A stretch of 64,000 nt of DNA from the human T2T-CHM13v2.0 reference genome, Homo sapiens. Below, in pieces: positions 11,223-25,055 of the stretch. The translations under genes were made by a program, and so were the position numbers. Positions within the stretch are counted from its first letter, which is position 1; each line of letters begins with the position of its first letter. The stretch lies in assembly GCF_009914755.1 (NCBI RefSeq), contig NC_060926.1; one strand, given 5' to 3'. Under the pieces are notes generated by a model. It was not told the DNA's origin. It worked only from the letters and a program-made list of their open reading frames with translations, and searched no databases.

Positions 11223-13593
11223 TCAGAAATTTACCATTATGTGGTAAAATGCCTTGTACCATATAATAACTTGATATATAATTTTTTAAAGAAGCCTCTG
11301 AAAACAAAAAGTCCTGCACTCAGCAAATAAAATTCAGACTATTTACTATGTGGAAGAAAATTAATTAGATTCCTTCCTCACATAATACAGCAAAATAATT
11401 TCCAAAGGTTCTAAAGGCTTAAATATTAAAAAAAAATACAAAATATTGGAATATTTGATAGAAAGGAAATTTAAGAGCTGTCTGAACAGAACTGCCTTTA
11501 AAACTTGCAAAATGTTTATGCAGATTTTTGACTGCAGAAAAATCTGCATGCTCAGTTATTCCGGACACCAGTCCTCAGAAGTTCTTCCTCCCACATTTCA
11601 AAGTTTGCAAAGTTGTTTGCATCCAAACCCCACTTCTAAAATGGCAGTTTATCCAGAATTGTTCACAGAGTTTTAGTATCATTCAAAATAGTTAATTCAA
11701 GCCCTTGATTCAGAAGATCTGCCTCATTCATATGGCCAAAAATATCTTTCAAGGATTCTATGAATAAATCTCTCTCTCATAAGTGTTCTGAAAATGGGCT
11801 TTCCCTTCACTCATAAAAAAGCAAAAAAAAATTTCCTGAAGTTCAGTGAAGTACTCTAAGTATTTTTTTTCCCCTAGGAAGCCAGTAAAATTCTGTGTAG
11901 TGGAGAGTAACTTAGTATTGGATTTTGACTTTAAAAAAAAAAAAAAGCCTGTAAATAGTCAGTAGTTTAAGACCCTGGCTTTGATAAATCTCATCAACCT
12001 GCATGTGCTTACTCATTAATTCTACTAGGACTATGGGAGAGATTTTGTGGACCCTGAATACTGATATATGAAGCAATGAGTCCAGGTGAATTATGTATCT
12101 CCATTCTTCTTCCAACAAAATAACACTGCATTGCTGTCAATAACTAAAGTTGCTCCATATGTGCTCCAATAAATGAAATTTTTCTGCCAGTTGGAGTTTA
12201 GTTGGCAAGGAATATTTTCCGTAATTCAAAGATCTCAACAGCCTATCCAGTTTTCAAAAAGACCTCTTGATATATTAAAACCCAGGGACTTGCTGTCCTT
12301 AGAATCGTCCATAGTTTTTATCAGTTGTGTAGTAATCATGGACAGTGTGGCTGGCAATCTTCCAGTACCTGCTACATAGTTTTGAAAGGATATCACTGAT
12401 TCTGAACAGCCATGGAAGAGCTGACTCAGCTTTCTTCATTCTGACCAAAGAGACAACTCCAAAATTTCTAGATCATGTGGTTTTAATAAACTTCAATATT
12501 CATTTGTTTGGCTTGGCAATGTGGTAAGAGATCTTACAGACTGTTTCAAGATAAAAATTTGTGTTGCAGAAATTTGAGTATCAGTACATTTCAGCTTCTT
12601 ACAATCCAGGTTGGAGCTCATGGAAAAGATGTAAACGGTCTGCTTCCTCTTTTAGATGGAAGAAAGTAGAGCAATATTTTAGATTTATACACTCTATGCT
12701 TCCTCTGCTGAAAACTTGCCTTGTGAAAACTACCATCATTTTTATGTCCTAATACACCAAGATTCTGATTAAAAATGAGAAATGCACAATATTTCTAACT
12801 TAAGATGCACTTGTTATCAACAAAGCTAATAACCATAGTTGTAAAGACAGGGTATGTTTTTATTGATTCCTAACAATGAGAAGACACACCAGGCATCAAA
12901 ATAATGCAATGTTAATGATTCTATGTTCTGCAATCATGCAGAGTATAATCTTATGTTTTAATTTGTTTATTATCAAATATTCACCAATTGTATAATTTTA
13001 TATGGACCAAGAGTCTTTTCTTATACCTGCTGGTTGAGAATCTTTCAACTGACATTGCACCTATTTGCAAATATACATAACTCTGTCACATTTTAGTTCT
13101 GGACTCTGATGTCCTAGATTACCTTAATTAGGCTTTATTCTGGTATCTGATGCTAAGCACAAGCTCTGAATCACAGTAAGTATCAATGAGTGTTTGGTAT
13201 GTTGAATTGAATCTTAGTGAAAAACAAAAAAAAGATAGGAGGAGGCTTCTAAAATGCTCATGATGGCAGCTTAGTTTTTCATTTTCTCATTTCTCTAGAA
13301 AACTAAAATGCATAGAAAATGAAAATAAATGGAAAGAGTCTCATTTTCGGTGAAATTAAGATGTATATAAACCTTGTAAACTCCATTGTTGTTAAGTACT
13401 TTTAAAAGCAATGGGATCAGCAGAGACAGGCCATACTTTTGCCTTTAGTGGGAAGGAGAGATGATGGGGCAATGGAAGAATAGTGTATGGAGGAGGTATT
13501 TGGAGTACAGATTTCAAAAGTCTCCGGAAATTATTTACTTATAGAAAGAGGACCCCACCTAAGTTGAAACTACCATATGAGGGTCTTAGATGA

Positions 13594-13962
<369 letters not shown>

Positions 13963-14134
13963 TAGCAGATCTCACACAACATCATTAAAATAACATGTAA
14001 ACATTATAAATTAATGGGTCATTTAAAATCCAGGGGCAGTGTATTTTAGTGACTACAACTGGTGTTGAATTCAACAATAAGTGAATCATAGGATTAATGG
14101 TAGAGACCTAAGAAAGTAATATTTTAAAATGCTG

Positions 14135-15410
14135 GCACATTTTAATAATCACCATTCTGACTGGTGTGAAATATCTCATTGTGGTTTTGATTTGCAATTA
14201 TCTGATTAGTGATAAGCATTTTTTCAAATGTTTGTTAGCCATTTGTTTATCTTCTTTTGAAATGTGTCTGTTCATGTCCTTTGCCTAGTTTTTAATTTGA
14301 TTTTTTGGTTTTTGCTTATTGATTTAAGTTACTTGTAGATTCTGGATATTAGGCCTCTATCAGGTGCATGGTTTGCAAATATTTTCTCCCATTCTGTAGG
14401 CTGTTTGTCTACTCTTTGATACTAGCTTTTGCTGTGCAGGAGCTCTTTAATTAAATTAGGTCCCACTTGTCTTTTTTCATTTTTGTTCCAATTGCTTTTG
14501 GGGACTTAGCCAAAAATTCTTCACCAAATCCTATGTCAAAAAGCGTATTACCTAGGTTTTCTTCTAGGATTTTTATAGTTCGAGGACTTACGTTTAAGTC
14601 TTTAATCCATCTGTAGTTAATTTTTGTGTAATGTGAGAGGTGGTGGTCCAAATTCATTCTTCTGCATATGGCTAACCAGTTATCTCAGCACCATTTATTG
14701 AATAGGAAGTCCTTTTCCCATTGCTTACTTTTTGTCAAATTTACCAGAGATCAGATGGTTGTACATGTGTGGGTTTATTTCTGGGTTCTCTATTCTATTT
14801 CATTGGCCTATGTGTCTGTTTTCATACCAGTACCATGATGTTTTGGTTACTATAGCCTTATAGTATAGTTTGAAGTAAAGTAATGTGATGCCTCCAGCTT
14901 TATTCTTTTTGCTTAGAATTTGTGGCTATTTGGGCACTGTTTTGGTTCTAAATGAATTTTAAAATAGATATTTCTAATTCTCTGAAAATTTTGATAGTGA
15001 TAACATTGAATCTGCAAAGTGCTTTGGGCCATATGTCCATTTTAACAATATTGATTCTTCCAGTCCATGAGCATGGATTATTTTTCCGTTTGTGTCCTCT
15101 CTGATTGCTTTCAGCAGTATGTTACAGTTCTGCTTGTGGAGATGGTTCACCTCCTTAGTTAGATGGATTCCTAGATATTTCATTTTACTTGTGGCTATTG
15201 TAAATGAGATTGTGTTCTTGATTTGGTTCTCAACCTACTTGATTGTGGTGAATTGAGTTTTTGATGTGCTACTGGATTCAGTTTGCTAGTATTTTGTTAG
15301 TAAGTTTTGCATCTATGTTCATTAGGGATATTGGCCTGAACTTTTCTTTCTTCATTGCATCTGTGCCAGATTTTGGTATCAGGATTATGCTGGCTTCATA
15401 GAATGAACTT
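14135..15410 (-). mobile_element. L1PA/L1PB ORF2 fragment with an internal deletion near 15235
   Basis: ORFs 14451..14657 ([14 protein letters not shown]...KWDLI) and 14974..15183 (KYLGIHLTKEV) are L1 ORF2p segments; frame broken by stops and frameshifts. Confidence 0.92.
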
Positions 15411-16338
15411 ATTTAAATATAAAAGAGATAAAAGAGATATACAAAAGAGATTGTTTTTATAGCAGCCAGTAGGGGTGACCCTTCCCTTCCCTGCATTATC
15501 CCTTATCTCTTGAAAGTAACTATTCCAGTGAAAATCTAACTTATTGCTATTCTAAATTAAAGGAACCAGTTTAACAGCTATACAAATATGTTTATAAGAA
15601 AAAATGTGTAAAATAGCAATAAAAGCTTCTCTACCAAAAGAAAAATAAAGAAATAAAACAACACACTTAAGGCAAAATGTGGCCAGAAAGCAGAAAGAAA
15701 TGTATTTCTTGATATTCCAATAAAAGTCTTAAAATATCAGATGAATAATCTTAAACTATCAATGGCAGCTATGAAGGAAAATACTCAGCAGAAGTAAAGA
15801 ACTCAGGGAAGTGAAGGCCTGCCATTAAAGCTAAATAACAGAAGGAGGTGAAATCAATATTGGAAAAATATAGGGGAAAAAAAAGAAAAATAAAATAAGA
15901 AATGAAGATTAAATTCCAAGGAGCCAAAGGGAGATGGTAAGTAGAATAAGGAACCTTTTTGTCTGTTATGTAACAAACCATCTCAAATCTTAGTCATCTT
16001 AAATAATGAGTTGTGTTTTTTTTTTTCCTCACAGTTTTATGGTCTGGTTGGGCAGTTGTTCTAATGGGCTTGCCTGGGTTTCTCATGAAGCAGCATTCAG
16101 CTGTGGGTTTTCTGTGCGCCGAGACCTGCTGGGGTGGCTGGTACAGCTGGGACATTGTCTCAGCGTGTTCTTTCACCTTTAATGAGTCTAGACCAGACTT
16201 CACATAATGGTCATGACAACATTCAAAAAGGAGTTCAAATATACAAGTACTTATTATTCCCCTGCTTATGTCATATTTTTTGGTATCCCACCAGCAAAAA
16301 AAAAAAAAAACAAAAACAAACTAAACCCCAAAATTTAA

Positions 16339-16750
<412 letters not shown>

Positions 16751-17639
16751 TCTAATGATTTTATGTTGGAGTCCATTCAGGCTCAAAGACTGTGATTTTG
16801 TACATTACATCTGAATACAGAAAATGCTCCTCAGATGTAGTTTTTTGATCCTGGTGTCTGATGCAAAGTTTAGTACTTGCTCTGAATCACAGTAAGTATC
16901 AATGAGTGTTTGCCATCTTGAATGGAATCTTAATGCCAAAGATATGAAGCCATGGGGTGAGGACTTCTAATACAATCAGCTTCTGTTGATACAGAGACCC
17001 ATGAACAAAAAGACAAGTTATCTGCTCCTCCTTACCCCACAGATAAAGCATAGAATAATGGAACAGGAACAGTATAACCACAATAGACATTCTCACATAG
17101 AAAGAAAATAAGTTGGAAATTTACAGCAATCACTGGTCCATAATGATTCTGACATCTAACTAAGCATATGTTTTTAGGAATCCTTACTTGGGGGCAGGGA
17201 ATGCTCCTTAATTAAGGCTGATTCTGCTCTTCTGAAGTTGTTTTCTAATCTATTGTTGCCCATGGGCCTTGATTCTTCCCAGTGGGCTCTTGGTTCAGTT
17301 CTCTTAGAGCTTATTTTTCTTTAAGAAATATAATAGCTGAGTAATTTTATCAGCCAGTTTTCTGTATATAGAAAGATGAAGTCCCAGAGACCTCTTTTTA
17401 TTTTAACCTCTCTTCTTTTTAGTCCAAACTTATGCAACTACCTGAAAAATTCTAATGATTTCTTGTGAGTGTGACTGGGATTCACATCCATAACTCTTTT
17501 TAAGATAAACTTCAGTCTAATTTGGGCATGTCAGTATGCTATGAGATAATGTTTTTTAAAATTTCTAGAAGCCCATTTGTCCAGCTGAGAGAGTCTACTA
17601 AAAATCACTTTTGATTTTTCTGAGGTCTTAAAAAGAGGA

Positions 17640-18502
17640 CTATGTGCACTGGTTCATTCACAGGCCTCCTGGTACTTTGGGAGGCCAATGTAAGAGGATC
17701 CCTTGAGGTCAGGAGTTTGAGACCAGCTTGGGTAACATAGCAAGACCTTGTCTTTACAAAATATAAATAACTGGGTGTGGTGGCCTGTGCCTTAGTCCTA
17801 GCTACTCAGGAGTCTGAGGTGGAAGGATTGCTTGAGCACAAGAGGTAGAGTTTGCAGTGAGCTATGGTTTTGCCACTGCATTCCATCCCAGGCAGTGTTA
17901 CAGTCTCACCAGTGCACCACAGCGTAGCAGTCTCATTGCCTGAGTTAGTACCCAGAGTCCTTTGTGTCAAGACCAAGAAAGTTAAGGAGCATGGACACCA
18001 AGGGTGAGGTTGGAGTGAAAGTTTAATAAGCAAAAGAAGAAAGCTCACCACCATTGCAGAAAGGGGACCCAGAAGAGGGTTGCCATTTTACGGTTGACTG
18101 CAAAGGCTTTTGTAGAAAACTGAAGAGGGCTGGGTGTCTCATTTGCATAATGTGTGAATTTCTGGTAGCTCCACCCCATCCTCCTAATGAGCATTAGCCC
18201 TTAGCTTGAGTTACTCCATGTTGTTGCTTTGTTCCCCTTACTGTGCATGTGTCAGGGGATGTTCCATTGTGGGGTATGTCTGGGAAAGTCACCTGTCTAG
18301 ACTTTCTTATCTGTGTGGGTGTGGGCATGTCTTAGGCAAGCCCTCCAAGTAAGTTCCCATATCTGTACCTGCAGGCTGTTCTTCGGTTTGAAAGTATTCA
18401 ACCGAGGACCCACCCTACCTGCCTGCCTGACTGGTTCCTTCCTTTCTCCTCTCTCAGCAACATGTGAGACCCCATCTGCAAAAAAAAAAAAATAAAAATA
18501 AA
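17640..18502 (+). mobile_element. AluJ interrupted near its 3' end by a solo LTR
   Basis: Alu body 17640-17895 ends ccactgcattccatcccaggcag, then resumes gcaacatgtgagaccccatctgc-poly(A) at 18457. Confidence 0.9.
17896..18456 (-). mobile_element. ERV1 solo LTR (MER61/LTR20-like, tentative)
   Basis: tgttacagt...ctctctca termini; 4-bp TSD gcag/gcaa; minus-strand poly(A) signal (tttaat ~18022); octamer ATTTGCAT at 18141-18148. Confidence 0.8.
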
Positions 18503-19869
18503 TACATTGAATAAAATAAACTTTTTAAGAGATGTCTTATATGCATAATCTTGATTTGATTTTTTTTTCCCCGAGGCTATTTACCATACTGAGAATAGTT
18601 TTCCAACTGGAAAATCTGGAAATGTGAAATCATTTTATTTTCCAACCCTTAAATGTCCACCACTTCTTCATGCCTAATTTCCTGTTATAAACTAACCAGT
18701 CATCTCTTTAGCACGTCTGTCTCACTATGCATTGATATATGCATGGAAAAGAAGCCAATTGACACTTGTAACATTATGGCAAAAAGTCTCCTTAGCCAGA
18801 GCTAGCATTTCATCAGGTATAATTTTAGCTTCCATGTAATTGCATGTGACAGGTTTGCCAAATGTTTTGCTATTACAAAATATGGACTGTTATTTTTTTC
18901 TGCCACTAATAATTTCCCAAACCTATTTCTAACCTTTGCCAATAGTTTTTGTTGTTGTTGCTGCTGCTGTTTTGGTTTGATGTTTTTGCTATGTTCTGTT
19001 TTTGCCATTCCTTCAGGCATTGCCAACAGACCCCTCACACTTCTCAAGCCTCCATCTGTTGCCTATTTCCAAAGCCAATGCCACATGTTTTGGGTTTTAT
19101 TACAGTCATGCCACACTTCTAGGTAATAATTTTTCTATCAGTTACCTAATAGTGCATAACAACCCTAAAATTTAGTGACTTAAAGCAATAATTTACTGTT
19201 TCTCATGATTCTGTGGGTTGGATGGGCAGTTCTCCTACTGGTTTCATCTGGGCTCATTTGAGTGGCTGACTGAACGTCTCTCTACATGTGGTCTTTCATT
19301 CTCTAGAAATTTAAACTGGGATTCTTCACAAGGTGATGGTAGCATTACCAGAGGGCAAACCCCAGTGTGAAAGTGCTTATTAAGCCTCTATGCTTGTCAA
19401 GTTCGCTGATGTCCTGTTGGCAAAAATGAGTCACATAACTAAGCCAAGAGTCAGTATGGGAGGAGACTGTAAAAGAGTGTAGACATCAGGAAGAATGATT
19501 AATTGGGAAACATTAATTAACAATATAACACATAAGCAATCAAGATAAAAGTGAAAAAATAAGAAATAGAGAAATTAGAGAAAAAAAGATGGCTTTAGAA
19601 TATTGGGAAAGGAAAATAAAACGGATATTACAGATATTTAAAAATATAAGTCACCTTTTCTGAAATAAAAGGAAAATGAATCATATTGAAAAATTACTAA
19701 GAGAAAATTAATCATAAACACTAAGACATAATTTATATAAAAATGAAAGATGAATATTTTTATTTAGAAACAAGATGAATATAAAGTGAGTAAGAAGAAG
19801 AAAATAACAAGATGATTTTGAAAAGGCTGTTTCAGGCAACCACAACAAAAGATCAAGCCATGCGTACTT

Positions 19870-19988
19870 GGGGAGGCCATATGGCCTAGTTACCCTGAAA
19901 CAGTTCCAGTTTATGCCTGTTGTTCTAAACATAAATAGTGGCCCCCTTCACTCTCAAAGTGTGGTTTAGATGACAATTTATAGTCAAT
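19870..19988 (+). mobile_element. MER94-like hAT-Blackjack MITE
   Basis: ccatatggcctagtt...acagttccagtttatgcctgttgtt...aatagtggcccccttcactctcaaagtgt. Confidence 0.65.
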
Positions 19989-20150
19989 GTTGTTCTAAGG
20001 GAAAAACAGTAAGACTTCCGACAGACTTTTTTACCGTAATATTCACTATCAGGAGACAATGAAGCACCAACTGCGACATATTCTGGAAAAGGGCACTTAA
20101 CTACAACAAAACTTTTCTTCAAATTTAAATCTACAAATAGATGTGGCCCA

Positions 20151-20634
20151 TGCCGGGTGACGTGTCAGAGCCCTGGCAACGGAAAGTGGTGGCTCGTGAG
20201 TAGTAAGAAGAATTTACTGCCAATAGTATAGGTTTGAAATAGAAAGAACACTGTGGAAGAGACAGCAAGTCACGTCAGCAAGTAAGGACTGAGCTCTCCA
20301 TGGTAGATTTTTTCTTAGGGGTATTTATAGACCTTAAAGCGGGAGCTTAGGGGTAATTTGGACCATATTAGTCACATAGGTCATGAGAAACGATTCTGTT
20401 TGTAAACATTTTGGTGCCTTGATGTCAGCAAGGGTTGCACAATGAGTTTCAACAAACATGCATTCCAGAAATCTATAGACATTCTAGCTACTTATAATTT
20501 GTGGAAAAGAAGCCTGGTACCAGATGCTGTCTTTAGATAATAGGGAAGTCTAATTACTTATGAATTCCTCAGATAAAGAAATTTGCCGCTGGATGGTCTG
20601 CTTGATGGCCATCAGGTGATCTTTGCTCTCCTAA
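20151..20634 (-). mobile_element. ERV1 solo LTR (MER84-like)
   Basis: minus strand begins ttaggagagcaaagatcacctgatggccatcaagcag; TG at 20151; flanks gccca/accca. Confidence 0.75.
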
Positions 20635-21083
20635 ACCCAGGGAATTTTTAATGAAGAAATAATGTCTCACTTAATATTTTAATGAGGAGGCTATATCTTC
20701 TTGGGGAAACTTATGAAAGATCAACTGTAGCCAAAATAAAGATTTCAGAGGAAACTTCAATAAAAGGACTTGTCCTGACCATTAAATATCCTTAACTGTG
20801 ATTCAGTCGAACCAAAAAGTATCAATATTGAATGTTTTACATGTTTTTAAAAAAGCAGAAATTGTAATACAAATATAGAGAAGAACAAAATGTTTTAAGA
20901 GGGATAAATTTGCTGATTGACTCATCTGTGCCTCATCTAAAAAATCAAAGATACTACTTTCACGTGGACAAATCAAATAGTAAAAAAATTAAGCAAGTTT
21001 ATCAACACAGGAAAAGAATTAAGCAAAATAATTGTGTGGATTAAATTTAGATGGTGGAGGAAAGCAAGGAAGATGGGTAGAAG

Positions 21084-21718
21084 CGTCAGAGGTGTCCGAA
21101 CCAGAGCAACTTCATCTTGAATAGCAGCTGTGTAAAATGAGGCTGAGACTTACTGGGCTGCATTCCCAGGAGGTTAGGCATTCTAAGTCACAGGATGAGA
21201 TAGGAAGCCAGCACAAGATACAGGTGATAAAGACTTTGCTGACAAAATAGGTAAAGATGCGGTAAAGAAGCCAGCCATTCCCACCAAAACCAAGATGGTG
21301 ATCCAAGTGGCCTCTGGTCATCTTCACTGCTTATTATACACTAATAGTAATGCATCAGCATGCTAAAAGACACTCCCACCAGCACCATGACAGTTTACAA
21401 ATGTCATGGCAACGTCAGCAAGTTACCCTCTATAGTCGAAAAGTGGGAGGAACCCTCAGTTCCTGGAATTGCCCACCCCTTTCCCAGAAATTTTATAAAT
21501 AATCCACCATTTGTTTAGCATATGTTCAAAAACTATAAGTATCTTTAGTCAAGTAGTCCATGCTGCTGCTCTGCCTATGGAGTAGCCATTCTTTTATTCC
21601 TTTACTTTCTTATTAAACTTGCTTCCACTTTACTCTATGGAGTTGCCCTGAATTCTTTCTTGCGTGAGATCCAAGAACCCTCTCTTGGGGTCTGGATTGG
21701 GACCCCTTTCCGATAACA
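21084..21718 (+). mobile_element. MER41B solo LTR (ERV1), full length
   Basis: 635 bp; gtcagagg...aaccagagcaacttcatcttgaatag to gggacccctttccgataaca; includes the aaccctcagttcc...gcccacccctttccc segment characteristic of MER41B; TSD gaag/aaag. Confidence 0.92.
21460..21489. promoter_or_regulatory. Tandem GAS (STAT) motifs within MER41B
   Basis: TTCCTGGAA at 21460-21468 and TTCCCAGAA at 21481-21489 both fit TTCN3GAA; activity not shown. Confidence 0.6.
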
Positions 21719-21899
21719 AAAGGGAGTACAGGCATAATAAATTGCTGCTCATAGTAAGGAGTTAGTAGACATTGTCTAAAAAGAAGGGGCAAAAGTATTA
21801 CAAAGAGATGTTAAAGATAACCACTCTAATCTGAAACACTAATCTTTAAAATATCTGAAGAGCTGCATTCAATACAAAGAAAACATACTCTATAGTAAA

Positions 21900-22830
21900 C
21901 ATAAACCAAAAGAAACCCCAAATAATATGACAGTAAAAGGAAATGTACCTGTTATATTAATAAATATAAAAGAGCTTAACTCACTTATTTAAAGAAAAAG
22001 GATTTGTACATAGAATTGCAAAACAAAACGCAACTCTAATTTGCATGAGACACACTTAAAGCAACTCAGAAGGACCAAAAGACAAAGAAAATAAGGACAG
22101 TTAAGTTATATCAGCTCAGTGCAAACACGAAAAAGCAGGAGTCTGATCTTAATTTCAGATAAGATAGACTTCAAGTCAAAAAGCATTATCTGACATATAG
22201 AAGAATAGTTTAGAATGTTAAGGGGTATAGTTGACAATGAAGATATAACAGTTACAAACACCTATGCACCTGAAATCATAGCAGTAATTTTCATAAATCG
22301 GAAATCATGACAGATACCAAGAATCGACCTGGAAATATTCAGAGACTTCTATTCACTCCCTTCAGACTAAGATGGAACAAATAGATAAAAGCACACTTAA
22401 GGATATAATATTAACAAAGTAAGCAAGAAGATGCATATATATATATATATGTTACTACTGTAACAATGAGAACATGCTTATGTGACAATTAAAAATTTTT
22501 TTTGACTATAAAGCCTCTATAAATCAAAAATTGGGGGATAGTATAGATAATATATTTTCTGATTCTGATGTAATAAATTTAGACATTGTAGCAAGATAGT
22601 AAAAAATACCTAGAATTAAAATTCTCCTCAAATATACTTAGGTTAAATATTTTTAAAAAGTACACACAAATCACAGAATTTCTGGATAACAACAATACAC
22701 CAACCTATGGGACAGAGTTAAAATGGAGCTCAGAGGAAAATTCATAGCTCTAAATACTTATATTTACACAAAAGAAATAATAAAAATTTAATAACATTCT
22801 CCAACTAGATTTGTTTAAAAAGGAAAACTT
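21900..22830 (+). mobile_element. Ancient L1M ORF2 endonuclease-region fragment; probably part of one long old L1 running from ~13240 and repeatedly interrupted
   Basis: gagcttaactcacttatttaaaga...aaaagcaggagtctgatcttaatttcagataagatagacttcaag...aacacctatgcacct...aacctatgggacagagttaaa...agaggaaaattcatagc. Confidence 0.7.
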
Positions 22831-24849
22831 ATGCATATTTAATATTTTATATTTGTACAACTATATATGTCATTTTTAATAAAATATGCCTGGTTAGGAA
22901 TTCTCAAAATCTAGTCAGAGTAGACTGATATAAGTCAAAAATCAAAAATCAGTGAGTCTGGGGAGCTTTTTGGAGGTCAAAATATTGTATGTCTGTTTTC
23001 TCTTATCTGTGGAGAAACTAGCCAGAATTCATTTCAACAACTCCCCAATTCTCATTCTTAATTAAAATCCTGCTTTGGGATTAGACTTTAATAATTCAAG
23101 TCAAGTTCGTAAACTTTATTACAGTAAATCAAATACTGTATTTGAAGACAATTGTGAAAATGGCGAAATATTAGTGTTAACGTATGCTTTATTAGGTAGA
23201 TTTTTAACGTGGGAAAACATTTAGTTAAAATAAATGTTTTTTTCCCTTTTTTATCAAAAATGTAGTCAGTCCACATTGGGTAGTCTGAAAGTCATCTAGA
23301 TCTAAAAAGTTATTGGTAAACTTGATATGTTTTAATTTAAATTACTCTTGAGAAGCAAATTGTCTTCTGTATTTTCATGTTTATTCTTTGTGTCTGCTGT
23401 TCCTCTATCAGGGTCCTTTCTCTTCCCACCAGCTCCTCTCTCTCTGATTATCTAAATCATATCCCTTCTTAAAGAGTTGTTCAAGTCTCTCTTTTTGCAG
23501 AAAGCTTTTCCAAAGTATTGAGGATCTACTAATATGTTTATTTGCTGATCTTCTATGCTTTTAATCTGTACCCTACATTCTGCCATTTTATCTTATGCCA
23601 TTGTCTTCTATGCTTCATAATCTGCAATATAAAATCCTGACATTGTATGCCTATCAGAACAGACATGATACATACATGTAGGCAGTGAGACAATGACGTG
23701 ATTTTAGAATTGCTGAAGCTCTTCTTCTTTGCAGATGGTTGCTTATGGTGTCTGAAGGCCCACCAGAAACAATTATACCATTGAATCAGAGTGTTTTCTC
23801 CATTTGGTTCAAATGAAACTCATATCCTGCTAAGAGTAGAACATATTAAAAGGGAAATTATTCTCTTATTGGTTCCTTTCCTCCCTCCCTCACAGTGAGG
23901 GTGACTGGGGGTTTTGAGCAGCATTATTATTTGATGATCTGGAGATTGCCATGATTGTCATGCATAGTGAAGAAAGAAAAAAATACTTTGAGAAAATCAG
24001 AAAAGAGTACAAAAAGGAATTTAGAGACATTAATGACAGTCTTTATCAATTTCAAAATTTCCCAGTAGCAAACCTGTCTGCTTTTATGTATAGTCCTATA
24101 ATATTTTTTATTTTTTCTCCCTATGAACCTGAACACTCCTTATAGAGAAGAAATGTATCCAAAGATCATACTCATTTACAATATCTCATAGAATCTTAGA
24201 CATACAGAAATTTCTGAGAATATGACTGTTGAAATAAAATGTTGTTATTTATATTTTATTTTATAATGGAAAAAAGTTTTGTTTTCCTAAATGAAAATAT
24301 TATAAATATTTAGTTTACATAATTAATCTTAAAATTGCTAAAATTTTAAAAATGGGGGCAAAATACAAATTGAAAAAGAAAAAACAGCAAGATTTAGTAT
24401 TTGGGTAAGAAACTGAGGGATCACAGTGTCAATGTCCACTCAAGTAACATTCAGTTAATGACTCTGGTGCTGATCAAGTCTCTTTTCTGCTGACCTTCAT
24501 GGTAGAAAGTGTGATGGGGAAGGTTTGGTGTGTTGCACAGTTCTGGATTATTTGCAACTGAAATGATAAGACTGGAGAATGCATTGGCAATGAATTATTC
24601 ATGGGAGTTTTCTATGTGGCAATTCAAGTGCTAAGCACTGAGTTTCAGTTGATATTGTCAAGGCTATGCTTGACAATATCAAAGTTTTTATTTTATATAA
24701 AAAATTCTTCCTTTGGCAAGAAACAAAAGGAGAGGGAAAGAAGACCTGAAAGAAATGGCCAAAGCAATGCTGTCGATTCTTCCCAGTGTATTTGTCATTT
24801 CCCCTATCCCTTTACCTTTTGGTGCTTTTCATTCCAGCAGAGAGGTGAT

Positions 24850-25055
24850 CCTCCTCTTTTGCACTACTGTTGTGCAGTACTTACCTCTATCACAATCCTC
24901 AGCACATTGCATTGCACTTACTTGATTCTGTCACCTCTATAATATAGTATGCACCTTGTAGTAAAGGCTATGTCATATTCATCTATAGATCCTTAGCATC
25001 AAAGATAGAGCTTGGAACAAACTAAGCTAGTTTCCTCGAGTAAATAAATGAATGC
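24850..25055 (+). mobile_element. L2 3' end
   Basis: cacattgcattgcactt...ggctatgtcatattcatctatagatcc...taaataaatgaatg. Confidence 0.55.

Noticed and set aside
18802-19047. ORF with a poly-Q run
   Set aside because: A short (TTG)n(CTG)n microsatellite inside MLT1 internal sequence.
23720-23800. Good-looking splice acceptor (ctcttcttctttgcag) followed by ATG
   Set aside because: The frame from that ATG closes after six codons, and I see no convincing donor or partner exon.
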